Of a stretch of 64,000 bases of DNA, positions 22,646 through 34,937 are shown piece after piece. The DNA comes from Rhizobiales bacterium Ga0077556 (lineage in GTDB: Bacteria > Pseudomonadota > Alphaproteobacteria > Rhizobiales > Phreatobacteraceae). Made by a program: the position numbers and the translations under genes. Where the stretch lies: contig LNFH01000428.1 in NCBI GenBank assembly GCA_001464235.1, positions 337-64,336 on the forward strand, given 5' to 3'. The stretch's first letter is position 1; the number at the start of each line of letters is the position of its first letter. The notes beneath the pieces were generated by a model that saw nothing but the letters and a program-made list of their open reading frames with translations, was not told the DNA's origin and ran no database searches.

Positions 22646-23250
22646 TCAGCAGAAGCCGACGGATTTCAGATAGTTGTAGGCCTGGATGATCTCGCGCAGC
22701 TTGTCCTCGCGCGAGCGGTCACCGCCGTTGGCGTCCGGGTGCAGGCGCTTGGCGAGCTCCTTGAACCGCGCCTTGATCTCGGCGGCGGTGGCATGGATGT
22801 CGAGATTGAGGGCGTCGAGGGCCTTGCGCTCGGCGTTGCGGATCATCCGCCCTTCCGGCTCGGCGGGCCGTTCGCTGGCCTGCCGCCAGTCGGCGCCGTC
22901 GAACATGCCGAAGGGGTCGGCCGCCTTGCGCGGGTCGAAATGCGGCTTCGGCTCCTCGCGCCGCCCGCTCTTCGTCCAGGAATTGACGCCCATGCTCCAG
23001 GTCGGTCGGTGGCCGGTCAGCGCGTCCTTCTGATAGGCCGCAACCGCCGCGTCGTTCATGCCGGCGAAGTAGTTGTAGCTGGCGTTGTATTCCTTGACGT
23101 GGTCCGGTCGCGGCCCACCGGCGCCCGGTGCGTCGCCTCGCAGGGGCAGCCCTTGAAGCCGCAGACGCGCGTGCCCGGCCGGGCGCGGGCGCGCCGGTCG
23201 TCCTCGGGCTTGACCCGGATGCGGTCGAAATAGGGCGAGTCGATCTTCAT
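22646..23250 (-). pseudogene. J-domain (DnaJ family) protein, frameshifted near 23105
   Basis: N part FDRIRVKP..CGFKGC..HRAPVGR; other frame DHVKEYNASYNYFAGM..TGHRPTW..LHPDANGGD. Confidence 0.85.
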
Positions 23251-23408
23251 GGGATCCAGCGAAGCAGATGGCCGATTATGGGGATGCGGGCCTGCCGCGG
23301 CAAGGCGAGCGGCCGGGCGGGGGACCTCCGCCCGCCGCCCTTGACCGCAGCGCGCGGCGCTGCGAAGGCTCGGCGCTCCATGCCACCTGCCGTTCGGGAA
23401 CCGCCGTC

Positions 23409-24017
23409 ATGTCCATGACCCTGCACTCTTCCGCCCTTTCCCCGTTCGGCCGCAAGGTGAAGCTGGCGCTGCACCACCTCGGGCTGATGTCCGGCGTCAC
23501 CGTCGTGACGACGGATACGATGAATGCGGAGGATCCGATCCGCCGGACCAACCCGCTCGGCAAGATTCCCGCCCTCGTCCTCGAAGGCGGCACCGTCGTC
23601 TACGACAGCCGCGTCATCCTCGAGCAGCTCGACCTCCTGGCCGGCGGCGGCAAGATCGTTCCCGCCGAGCCGAAGGCGCGCATCGCCGCGCTCACCCTCC
23701 AGGCCCTCGCCGACGGCATCATGGATGCGCTCATCCTCACCCGATACGAGGTGATGTTCCACGACGAGGCCGCGCGGTCGGAGAAGTGGTTCGCCCACCA
23801 GCGCGGCAAGGTCGAGCGCGCCATGGCCGCCCTCGAGGCGGCGCCGCCCGCCCTCGACGTCCATGTCGGCACGATCACGCTCGCCTGCGCCCTCGGCTAC
23901 CAGGACATCCGCTTCGAGGGCACCTGGCGCAAGAGCTACCCGAAGCTCGTCGCCTGGCTCGACGCCTTCATCGCCGGGATGCCCGCCGCCTGGGCCGAGA
24001 CGACGCCGAAGACCTGA
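23409..24017 (+). CDS. Glutathione S-transferase family protein
   Basis: SPFGRKV, NPLGKIPAL, YDSRVI, LADGIMD. Confidence 0.88.
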   Translation: MSMTLHSSALSPFGRKVKLALHHLGLMSGVTVVTTDTMNAEDPIRRTNPLGKIPALVLEGGTVVYDSRVILEQLDLLAGGGKIVPAEPKARIAALTLQALADGIMDALILTRYEVMFHDEAARSEKWFAHQRGKVERAMAALEAAPPALDVHVGTITLACALGYQDIRFEGTWRKSYPKLVAWLDAFIAGMPAAWAETTPKT

Positions 24018-24021
24018 GCCC

Positions 24022-24693
24022 CTATTCGAGGCCGAATCGCAGGGCGGCAGCCGCGGCGATCGGCCCGAGCACCAGGCTCATCAGCGACAGCGCGACGAGG
24101 ATCGTGAAGGGCTGGCCGAAGGGCAGCGGCCCGACGATGGCGGCATTGGTCGCCGCCACGCCGAAGATCAGCACCGGGATCGTCAGCGGCAGCACCAGGA
24201 TGGCCATCAAGAGGCCGCCGCGGCGCAGCGCCACCGAGAGGGCCGCCCCCACCGCGCCGATGAGGCTCAGCGCCGGCGTTCCCGCCGCCAGCGTCAGCGC
24301 CACGGCGCCCATCGCCTCCGGCGGCACGTTGAGGAAGAGGCCGAGCAGGGGCGCCGCCGCCACCAGCGGCAGGCCGGTGGCGAGCCAGTGAGCCGCGGCC
24401 TTGGCGGCGATCACCAGGGGCAGGGGCGTCGGCGCCATCATCATGACGTCGAGCGAGCCGTCGTCCGCATCGGCCTGGAACAGCCGGTCGAGGCCGAGAA
24501 GCGTCGCCAGCAGCGCCCCGATCCACAGGATGGCCGGGCCGATGCGGGCGAGCAGGTTCATGTCCGGCCCGACGCCGAAGGGCACGATGGTGACCACCGC
24601 GAGGAAGAACACGACGCCGACCATGGCGCCGCCCCCGATGCGCATGGCGAGCGTCAGGTCGCGGCGGAAGATGGCGGCGAGGGGACCGGTCAT
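24022..24693 (-). CDS. ccmB: Heme exporter permease CcmB
   Basis: LDRLFQADADDGSL, LVLPLTIPVLIFG. Confidence 0.93.
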   Translation of the reverse strand: MTGPLAAIFRRDLTLAMRIGGGAMVGVVFFLAVVTIVPFGVGPDMNLLARIGPAILWIGALLATLLGLDRLFQADADDGSLDVMMMAPTPLPLVIAAKAAAHWLATGLPLVAAAPLLGLFLNVPPEAMGAVALTLAAGTPALSLIGAVGAALSVALRRGGLLMAILVLPLTIPVLIFGVAATNAAIVGPLPFGQPFTILVALSLMSLVLGPIAAAAALRFGLE

Positions 24694-25295
24694 GCGGCCC
24701 GTCCGATGGCGAGTTCGCGCGTCGGCAGGCCGAGCGGACCGTGGGTCGCGGCCATGACGACCCCGCCCGCGGCGACGTGCTCGGCCATAATCCCCGCCAG
24801 CACCTTCTGGCTGGCGAGGTCGAGAGCTGCCGTCGGCTCGTCGAGCAGCCAGATCGGCCGGGCGACGGTGATGAGGCGGGCGAGCGCCAGCCGCCGTCTT
24901 TGTCCTGCGGAGAGGTAGCCCGCCGGCAGGGCCGCGAGATGGGCGATGCCGAGCCGCTCCATGGCGGCTTCCGCGCTCCCGCCGCCGCCGCCGAGATAGG
25001 CGGTCCAGAAGGCGAGGTTCTCCGCCACCGTCAACGATCCCTTGAAGGCGTCCTGGTGGCCGCAATAGTGGCAGTGCTCGCCGATGCTCGCTTCCGCGTC
25101 GCCGCCCTCCAGCGCGAGGCGGCCGCTCTCGATGCGCACCAGCCCCGCGACGAGGCGCAGGAGGCTCGACTTTCCCGCCCCGTTCGGGCCGGTCACCTGC
25201 ACCGCCTCTCCCGCCGCGACGGAAAAGCTCAGGTCGGCGAAGACGATTCGGCCGCCGCGCTGGCAGGTCAGGGCATGGGCGGTCAGGCGCATCAT
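24690..25295 (-). CDS. ccmA: Heme ABC exporter ATP-binding CcmA
   Basis: GPNGAGKS, LSAGQRRRL, WLLDEP; overlaps ccmB. Confidence 0.93.
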   Translation of the reverse strand: MMRLTAHALTCQRGGRIVFADLSFSVAAGEAVQVTGPNGAGKSSLLRLVAGLVRIESGRLALEGGDAEASIGEHCHYCGHQDAFKGSLTVAENLAFWTAYLGGGGGSAEAAMERLGIAHLAALPAGYLSAGQRRRLALARLITVARPIWLLDEPTAALDLASQKVLAGIMAEHVAAGGVVMAATHGPLGLPTRELAIGRAA

Positions 25296-25478
25296 GCCGC
25301 ATTCCTACGCGACGAAAGGGTGACCTGCGAGAGGCGATAAGCGCTTCTAACCATATGGCGGGCTGATTGGAATCCCTCTATAACGCCGCCGATCGGCCGC
25401 CGCGTCTCATGCGTCTTCTCTGGGCCCAGGGTTTTTAGGGCGCGACGTCGGCCTCCAGAACGAGGGGATCATCGACAC

Positions 25479-28199
<2,721 letters not shown>

Positions 28200-28394
28200 G
28201 GCGGGGTCCGAAACGCGACGTCGAGACACCGACGGCGGCTTGGCAAGCGCTGAGCCGCCGTTATGCTGTGAAACCGGGGGGGCTCACGGTCGTTTGCACG
28301 GTTTTCACCCAACCGTGAGTGGCGGTGAGAGGTGCCGCGGGCGTAAACAGCGCTCGCGGGACCGGATGGGTCCCCGAAATCGGGGCGGAATCCG

Positions 28395-29162
28395 ATGGTG
28401 ATGGGCAGGCTGTTCGGCGCGCTCGCGTGCGCCATGATTGCGTGGGGAGGAGCGGAGGCGACGCCGCTCCAGCGTCCCCGCGCCGTAATCGAGCTCTTCA
28501 CCAGCCAGGGCTGCTCGTCATGCCCGCCGGCCGACCGCTTCGTCGCCGACATGGCCGACCGCCCCGACGTCGTCGCCCTGACCCTCGCCGTCGACTACTG
28601 GGACTATCTCGGCTGGCGCGACACCCTCGCCCACCCGATCCACAGCAAGCGCCAGAAGGCCTATGCCTACATGCGCGGCGACCGGCAGATCTACACGCCC
28701 CAGATGATCGTCAACGGCGTCGGCCACGCCATCGGCTCGGACCGCGCCGCCGTCGAGCGCGTCACCGAGCAGACCCGTGGCCTGCCCGGCGTTCTCTCCG
28801 TGCCGGTGACCCTGCGCATCAGCGGCGACACGATCACCGTCACCCTTCCGCCGGCCGTTGCCGGCCCCGGTGCCGACAGCCCGGCCACCGTCTTCCTCTA
28901 CGGCGTCGCCTCCCGCCAGCCGGTGGACATCACCCGCGGCGAGAATCGCGGCCAGACCGTGATCTATCGCAACGTCGTGCGGTCACACGCCATCCTCGGC
29001 GAATGGACGGGCGGCGAGCGCACCTTCAGCGTCTCGCGCCGCGAGCTGGTCTCGCCGGAATGCGAGCGCCTCGCCGTCGTGGTGCAGGCGGGATCCCCGC
29101 GCCGGCCGGGCATCATCTATGGTGCCGCCCTCATCGAGATGCCGGCGCTCGCCATCCACTGA
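28395..29162 (+). CDS. DUF1223 thioredoxin-like secreted protein
   Basis: Signal peptide; ELFTSQGCSSCPPAD, VDYWDYLGWRD, YTPQMIVNG. Confidence 0.88.
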   Translation: MVMGRLFGALACAMIAWGGAEATPLQRPRAVIELFTSQGCSSCPPADRFVADMADRPDVVALTLAVDYWDYLGWRDTLAHPIHSKRQKAYAYMRGDRQIYTPQMIVNGVGHAIGSDRAAVERVTEQTRGLPGVLSVPVTLRISGDTITVTLPPAVAGPGADSPATVFLYGVASRQPVDITRGENRGQTVIYRNVVRSHAILGEWTGGERTFSVSRRELVSPECERLAVVVQAGSPRRPGIIYGAALIEMPALAIH

Positions 29163-29178
29163 CGACGGAGAGCGGCCC

Positions 29179-29442
29179 TCAGGCCCGCGCCATCCACACC
29201 ATGTCGGGCGCGACGATGCCGGGCACGTCCTCCTCGTCGATGCGGCGGACGGCGTCGACCGACACCATCTTTTCGGCGTTCAGCGGGCAGATGCCGCGCC
29301 GCACGAGCTCGCGGCCGAGGCTCTTGCGGGCCTGCGCCGCCGCCGTCTCCGCGACGTCGGCCTCGATGAAGCGGGTCGCCGCGAATCGCGAGCCGGTCGC
29401 GGTGTCGGCATCTCCGTGGGCGTCACAACGGTACCAGGGCAT
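29179..29442 (-). CDS. Small hypothetical protein
   Basis: MPWYRCDAHGD..FAATRFIEA..; host-like codon usage; convergent with DUF1223 gene. Confidence 0.55.
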   Translation of the reverse strand: MPWYRCDAHGDADTATGSRFAATRFIEADVAETAAAQARKSLGRELVRRGICPLNAEKMVSVDAVRRIDEEDVPGIVAPDMVWMARA

Positions 29443-29593
29443 GTTCTCGTCCGATTTCCTGATCAAACCTCTCTCAACCACGTCGAGGTTGAGAGAGCGT
29501 TGAGAAGTTTGCTTAACCATTCATGGCCCATCCATGCAGGCCATGGGCATGGGTGGTTCGTGACAAGGAAAAGGTTCGATGGCTGACTGTGAC

Positions 29594-30130
29594 ATGAACG
29601 GGGACGGCGTCATCCTGCCGCGCCGTGCCCTCATCCTCGGGGGCGGCGCCTCGCTCCTTCTCGCCGGCTGCTCGGCGCCCCCTGTGGCGGCGCCGTCCCA
29701 GCCGAGCTTCTACCGCAACCTCGCACAGGCCGGGGCGCGGGTGGACGCTGCCATGGCCGCCGAGATGATCTCCGGCTTCCGCCGCAACAACGGCCGCGGC
29801 AACCTGGCGGTCGATCCGGTGCTGATGGCGGTGGCCGAGGCCCAGGCCTCCGCCATGACCCAGGCCGACCAGGTCGGCGTGCGCACCGGCGCCGTCGCCG
29901 CTCGCCTCACCACCGCCGGCTATCGCCACCGCACGGCGGTGGAGAACACCTCGGCCGGCTATCTCACCCTCGCCGAGGCCTTTTCCGGCTGGCGCGATTC
30001 CCCGCCCCACCGCGCCAACATGCTGAACCCCGCCGTCACCCGCCTCGGCATCGCCACGGGCTATCGGCCGGGCTCGCGCTACCGCGTCTTCTGGGCCCTC
30101 GTGCTGGCGGAGCCCACCGCGACCGCGTGA
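29594..30130 (+). CDS. CAP/SCP domain lipoprotein
   Basis: LLLAGC lipobox; VENTSAGY, WRDSPPHRANML; start uncertain (29579/29594). Confidence 0.85.
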   Translation: MNGDGVILPRRALILGGGASLLLAGCSAPPVAAPSQPSFYRNLAQAGARVDAAMAAEMISGFRRNNGRGNLAVDPVLMAVAEAQASAMTQADQVGVRTGAVAARLTTAGYRHRTAVENTSAGYLTLAEAFSGWRDSPPHRANMLNPAVTRLGIATGYRPGSRYRVFWALVLAEPTATA

Positions 30131-30137
30131 GGCGGGT

Positions 30138-30891
30138 TCACGCCGCCTTCTTGCCGTGGTGGCTGTGCAGCTTGGCGCTCATGACGCGGCGGATGTCGTT
30201 GAACTCGATGCTCGCCACGTCGCGCGGCCGCGACAGCAGCAGCGGATTGTCGCTCTCGATCCGCCCCGGGCCCGGCGTCATCACCACCACGCGGTCGGCG
30301 AGGAAGATCGCCTCCTCGATGGAATGGGTGACGAAGACCACCGTCAGGCCGGTGCGCTGCCAGATGTCGAGGAGCTCGTCCTGCAACCGCTCGCGCGTCA
30401 TGGCGTCGAGCGCGCCGAAGGGCTCGTCCATCAGCACGATCTCGGCGTCGTTGGCGAGCACGCGGGCGATCGCCACGCGCTGCTTCATGCCGCCGGAGAG
30501 CTGGTGCGGATAGGCGTTGGCGAACTTGGCGAGGCCGACGAGGTCGATGAACTTGTCGACCGTCTCCTTGACCACGGACCGCGCCAGGCCGCGCGAGGCC
30601 GGGCCGAAGCCGATGTTGTCCCGCACCGAGAGCCAGGGGAACAGGGCATAGTCCTGGAAGACCATGCCGCGGGTCGGGTCCGGCCCCTTGATCGGCGAGC
30701 CCCACATCAGCGCCTCGCCGGTCGTCGGCTGCTCGAAGCCGGCGATGATGCGCAGCAGCGTGGACTTGCCGCAGCCTGACGCGCCGATCAGGCAGACGAA
30801 CTCGCCCTTGCGGATGGAGATGTTGGCGTCGCAGCTTGAAGACCTTGGAGACCTTGTTGATCTCGATGATCGGCGTCTTGGATTCAGCCAT
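30138..30891 (-). pseudogene. NitT/TauT-type ABC ATP-binding protein, frameshifted near 30831
   Basis: MAESKTPIIEINKVSKVFKL, then other frame DANISIRKGEFVCLIGASGCGKST..LSGGMKQR..DEPFGALD. Confidence 0.85.
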
Positions 30892-31735
30892 GATGGGTCG
30901 GGCTCCAGGCGAGCAGGCGGTTGCCGATCATCACGACGATCCGGTCGGAGACGTAGCCGGCGATGCCGATGATGATCATGCCGCAGATGACGAGTTCGGT
31001 GCGCGAGAGCGTGCGGCCGTCCATGATGACGGCGCCGAGGCCCTGCGGCACGCCGGTCATCTCGCCCACCACGATGACGAACCAGGCGAGCCCGAGACCG
31101 AGGCGCAGGCCCGTGAAGATCGACGGCAGCGCCGCCGGCAGCACCACCTTGTAGAACTGCGCGTTGCCCTGGCAGCCGAGCATGGAGGCCGCCTCGAAGA
31201 GCTTGGGGTCCACCGAGCGGACGCCGAAGATGGTGTTGAGCAGGATCGGGTAGAAGGCGCCGAGGCAGACGAGGGCGAAGGCCGAGCGGGGGCCGAGGCC
31301 GAAGAGGATCATCGAGAGCGGCAGCCAGGCGGTGACCGGAATGGGTCGCATCACCTGCAGGAACGGGTCCAGCACCATCCGCGCGGTCGGAATGCGGCCG
31401 ATCATCAGGCCGAGCGGCAGGGCGAACAGCGCGGCGAGGGCGAAGCCGCCGTAGACGCGGCTCATCGAGGCCATCAGGTGGGTCAGCAGCGTCGCCGAGA
31501 AGGCGTCGTCGTAGATGCCGCCGACCGCGAAGTCGATCATGTACTCGCCGACCTCGTAGGGGGTCGGGATGAGGCGCGTCCAGCGCCGGGTGGTGGCCAC
31601 TTGCCAGAAGGCGAGCAGCAGCGCCGGCACGATCATCGCCAGCACGAAGGGTTTGACCCGTTCCCAGGGCGTCTTGCCGACGGGCTTCTCGACGATCACG
31701 GCCGCCGGCGGCGGCACCGTCTCAACCAGCGCCAT
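30884..31735 (-). CDS. NitT/TauT-type ABC permease
   Basis: RPIPVTAWLPL, EAASMLG, LPAALPSIFTGLR. Confidence 0.9.
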   Translation of the reverse strand: MALVETVPPPAAVIVEKPVGKTPWERVKPFVLAMIVPALLLAFWQVATTRRWTRLIPTPYEVGEYMIDFAVGGIYDDAFSATLLTHLMASMSRVYGGFALAALFALPLGLMIGRIPTARMVLDPFLQVMRPIPVTAWLPLSMILFGLGPRSAFALVCLGAFYPILLNTIFGVRSVDPKLFEAASMLGCQGNAQFYKVVLPAALPSIFTGLRLGLGLAWFVIVVGEMTGVPQGLGAVIMDGRTLSRTELVICGMIIIGIAGYVSDRIVVMIGNRLLAWSPTHHG

Positions 31736-31813
31736 GGGGGCTGTCCTCTCGTGGCTCGCAAAAGGGGTGGCGCCGCCCGCGGCGGGGCGGGCGGCGCCGG
31801 ATCTGCCGCGTTA

Positions 31814-32767
31814 TCAGGCGGAGATCTCGTTGGAGAACTTCGGGTTGAGGAACTTGGCGAAGTCCGGCAGGGCGCGGATCTGGCGGAGCGACAGCATCTG
31901 CTCGGCGTAGGTCTTGGCCTGCTTCTGCACGGTCTCGTCCAGCTTCCAGACGTATTCGATGTTGTTGGCACCGAGCGCCTGCTCCACCGCGGCGCGGTTG
32001 GCGCCGAGCCGCTGCACGGTGGTGTCGGCCACCACCTGCTTGTTGGCGTTCATGAACTCGACCGCCTGGCGGTGGATCTTCAGCATGGTCGTGATCAGCT
32101 CCGGCTTCGCCGTCACCGTCTCCTCGTGAGTGCCGAAGATCATGTTGAGGCCGCCCATAGCCGTGCCGTAGGGATATTCGACCAGCTGGCCGACGCCCGA
32201 GGTGATCGACAGGGCCGGGCCCGGCTCGGCGCCGACATAGGCGTCGATGTCGCCGCGCGACAGCATGGCGTGCATCTCACCGAAGGGCACGCGCACCGAG
32301 GTGATGTCGCGGATGGAGAGCCCCTCCATGCGCAGGCGCTCCATGATGAACACCTCCTGGGTCGACCCCGGCCAGATGCCGACGCGCTTGCCCTTGAGGT
32401 CCTTGACCGTCTTCACGTCGGAGCCGGCCTTGGAGATGACGCCCATGCCCTTGTTGGAGAGGGCGCCGACCACCACCACCGGCTCGCCGGCGGCGGCGCC
32501 GAGGATCGCCGCGGCGATGCCGAAGGTGCCGAAGTCGACCGACTTGGTGACGACGGCGTTCTTGCCGTCGGTCGGTGAGTCGAAGGTGATGATCTCGATC
32601 TTGGTGCCGGCCGGCGCGAAGCGCTCGTAGAAGTGCGGCGGCATGGAGTGGATGAGGCGCAGCGCGCCCATCTTGATCACGCGCTCCTGGGCGCGCAGCA
32701 CGGAGGGGGCCGAGAGGGTGCCGGCGGCGAGGCCGGCGCCGATGAGGAAGTGACGACGAAGGATCAT
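31814..32767 (-). CDS. NMT1/SsuA-like ABC substrate-binding protein
   Basis: RRHFL Tat signal; VKDLKGKRVG; GDIDAYVGAEP. Confidence 0.88.
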   Translation of the reverse strand: MILRRHFLIGAGLAAGTLSAPSVLRAQERVIKMGALRLIHSMPPHFYERFAPAGTKIEIITFDSPTDGKNAVVTKSVDFGTFGIAAAILGAAAGEPVVVVGALSNKGMGVISKAGSDVKTVKDLKGKRVGIWPGSTQEVFIMERLRMEGLSIRDITSVRVPFGEMHAMLSRGDIDAYVGAEPGPALSITSGVGQLVEYPYGTAMGGLNMIFGTHEETVTAKPELITTMLKIHRQAVEFMNANKQVVADTTVQRLGANRAAVEQALGANNIEYVWKLDETVQKQAKTYAEQMLSLRQIRALPDFAKFLNPKFSNEISA

Positions 32768-32859
32768 TGGAGTGCTCCAGTGGAAGGGTGCGGGTTCATC
32801 CCGTCTGCTTGTGCCGCCCCGCCGCCGACGCGCCGGGGGATGAGGGGGTCATGCGCGGC

Positions 32860-33270
32860 TCAGGCCGCCCGTCCGGCGAGCGCGGCGACATAGGCGCGCC
32901 AGCCGCCGTGGGCGGTGATGTCTTCGGCTCCCGCCAGGCCCTCGGGCTCGACGAGGAAGCCTTTTGGGGTGGTGCCGTCGGCGAGCTTCAGCGTGCCGAT
33001 GCCGAGCGGCGAGGGGATGCCGTCGACGAAGGTGCCGAAACCCGCGGCGGGCAGGGCCCAGACCTCGCAGGCGATGGCGGCGCCGGTTCCCGCCGCCACG
33101 CGGATCAGGCCCGGACGCTTCGGCGGCCCGCCTGCCAGCGCATAGAGCCTGTAGTCGGGCTGGGTCTGCACGACCCGCCGGAAGGTGGCGCCGCGGCTGG
33201 TCAGCTCGCCGTTGAGCGGCATGCCGGACAGGTGCGCCCCCACGACGACGATCTCGATCAGGTCCTGCAA
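32860..33270 (-). CDS. Allophanate hydrolase C-terminal domain as a separate gene
   Basis: IVVVGAHLSGMPLN, YRLYAL, PKRPGL, IPSPLGIG, GGWRAY; probable TTG start after GGGGAGAG. Confidence 0.75.
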   Translation of the reverse strand: MQDLIEIVVVGAHLSGMPLNGELTSRGATFRRVVQTQPDYRLYALAGGPPKRPGLIRVAAGTGAAIACEVWALPAAGFGTFVDGIPSPLGIGTLKLADGTTPKGFLVEPEGLAGAEDITAHGGWRAYVAALAGRAA

Positions 33271-33325
33271 GGCTCTCTCCCCGGGCTCTTGGTGGTCGTG
33301 GGCATCGCTCTCGTCCTCGCCATGT

Positions 33326-34705
33326 TCACGCCGCCGCCGTGGCGGCCGCGTGCCGCCGCTCGCCCGCCGCGGCGACGAAGCCCGCACCGAGCCGCGCCAG
33401 GGCGGCATCGCTCCCCCTGGGACCGATCAGCGTGATGCCGGCCGGCAGGCCGTCGGCGCGGAACGGGCCGGGCACCGACAGCGCCGCGAGGTCGAGCAGG
33501 TTGACGAAATTGGTGTAGGTGCCGAGCCGGCTGTTCGGGCCGATCGGGTCGGCCTCCAGGTCGGCGAGGGTCGGGAACACGGGTGCCGTCGGCACCACCA
33601 GCGCCTCGACCCGCTCCCAGACGCCCTCGGTCGCCCGCTTCAGCGCCGCCAGCCGGTAGAGGCCCTCGAAGGCGTCCGTGGCGGAGAAGCGCTCGGCGGC
33701 GCCGACGATCCGGCGCGTCACCGGATGCACGTCGTCGGCGTTGGTGGCGAGGAAGGACCGCATGGCGGCGTGGCGCTCGGCCACCCAAGGGCCTTCGTAG
33801 AGGAGCTTCGCCACGTCGAAGAAGGCGGTGAGGTCGATCTCCGCCACCTGGCCGGCGAGCGGCGTGACGATGCCGAGCGCCGCGTCATAGGCCTTGGCCA
33901 TGGCCAGGTCGCCGAAGAACAGGCGGTCCGCGCCGCGCGGCACGCCGAGGCGGGCGATCGTCGGCGCGCCGGCGGGCAGGGTCTCCGGCGCCGGCCGCGA
34001 ATAGGCGTCTTCGGCATCGAAGCCGCGCATCACGGCGAAGGCCGCGAAGGCGTCGTCCACCGTGCGGGCGAAGACGGAAACGCAGTCGAGCGTGCGGCAG
34101 GCCGGCAGGACGCCGCGGGTCGAGAGGGCGCCGAGGGAGGGCTTCAGGCCGACGAGGTCGTTGAGCCCGGCGGGCACGCGGCCCGAGCCGGCGGTGTCCG
34201 TGCCCAGCGCGATGGGCACGATGCCCTGCGCCACCGCGATCGCCGAGCCCGAGGAGGAGCCGCCCGGCACCCGCGCCGGATCGAAGGCGTTGCGCGGGAC
34301 CGGATAGGGCGACCGCACGCCGACGAGGCCGGTGGCGAACTGGTCGAGATTGGTCTTGCCGACGACGAGGGCGCCGGCCGCCACCAGCTTCTCGACGACG
34401 GTCGCCGAGCGGTCCGGCACGAAGGCGAAGACCGGGCAGGCGGCGGTCGTCGGCAGGCCGGCGACGTCGATATTGTCCTTCACCGCGACGGGAATTCCCC
34501 AGAGCGGGAAGCGGACGGGATCGAAGGGCGGCAGCGCCGCGGCCTCGGTCAGAACCTCGGCCTCTGGCCGCAGATGGATGAAGATGCCGGGATCGTCCAC
34601 CGCCGCGATGCGCCTGTAGACGGCCGCCACCGTCGCGGCGGCGGGCGTGCCGCCGGCATAGGCGGCGTGGAGATCGGCGATGGTCGGTGCGCTTTCGCTG
34701 TGCAT
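33326..34705 (-). CDS. atzF: Allophanate hydrolase, amidase-signature domain
   Basis: VKDNIDVAG, GKTNLDQFATGLVG, GGSSSGSA, GTDTAGSGRVPA, LYEGPWVAER, NSRLGTYTNFVNLLD. Confidence 0.85.
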   Translation of the reverse strand: MHSESAPTIADLHAAYAGGTPAAATVAAVYRRIAAVDDPGIFIHLRPEAEVLTEAAALPPFDPVRFPLWGIPVAVKDNIDVAGLPTTAACPVFAFVPDRSATVVEKLVAAGALVVGKTNLDQFATGLVGVRSPYPVPRNAFDPARVPGGSSSGSAIAVAQGIVPIALGTDTAGSGRVPAGLNDLVGLKPSLGALSTRGVLPACRTLDCVSVFARTVDDAFAAFAVMRGFDAEDAYSRPAPETLPAGAPTIARLGVPRGADRLFFGDLAMAKAYDAALGIVTPLAGQVAEIDLTAFFDVAKLLYEGPWVAERHAAMRSFLATNADDVHPVTRRIVGAAERFSATDAFEGLYRLAALKRATEGVWERVEALVVPTAPVFPTLADLEADPIGPNSRLGTYTNFVNLLDLAALSVPGPFRADGLPAGITLIGPRGSDAALARLGAGFVAAAGERRHAAATAAA

Positions 34706-34731
34706 GGGTCCTGCTCGTCCGCAGAGCCCAT

Positions 34732-34748
34732 CGCAATGCCCATGCCAA
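34732..34748 (-). promoter_or_regulatory. Sigma54 (-24/-12) promoter of the atzF-ABC operon
   Basis: Minus strand TTGGCATGGGCATTGCG matches TGGCAC/TG-N4-TTGC, about 27 nt before the ATG. Confidence 0.75.
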
Positions 34749-34880
34749 GACCAGGTGGCAGCCGCGGCCGTGAAGTGGCTTCAAGCGCGCCCGGGTCGTC
34801 GCCGGTGGCAAGCGCTTGGCAACACGGAGAAAAAGGCCCCTGGCCGCAGCGGCGAGACAGCGGCGGGAGTGACCGGTCTA

Positions 34881-34890
34881 TTGTATGCAA
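34881..34890. promoter_or_regulatory. Putative GntR/FadR operator
   Basis: Near-palindrome TTGTATGCAA next to the gntR gene. Confidence 0.45.
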
Positions 34891-34910
34891 CGGCCTATCG
34901 AGGCCAGATT

Positions 34911-34931
34911 ATTGCACACCGTTTGTGCAAT
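34911..34931. promoter_or_regulatory. Putative NtrC-type enhancer
   Basis: ATTGCAC-ACCGTTT-GTGCAAT = TGCAC-N7-GTGCA, about 165 bp upstream of the sigma54 motif. Confidence 0.55.
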
Positions 34932-34937
34932 TGCCCG

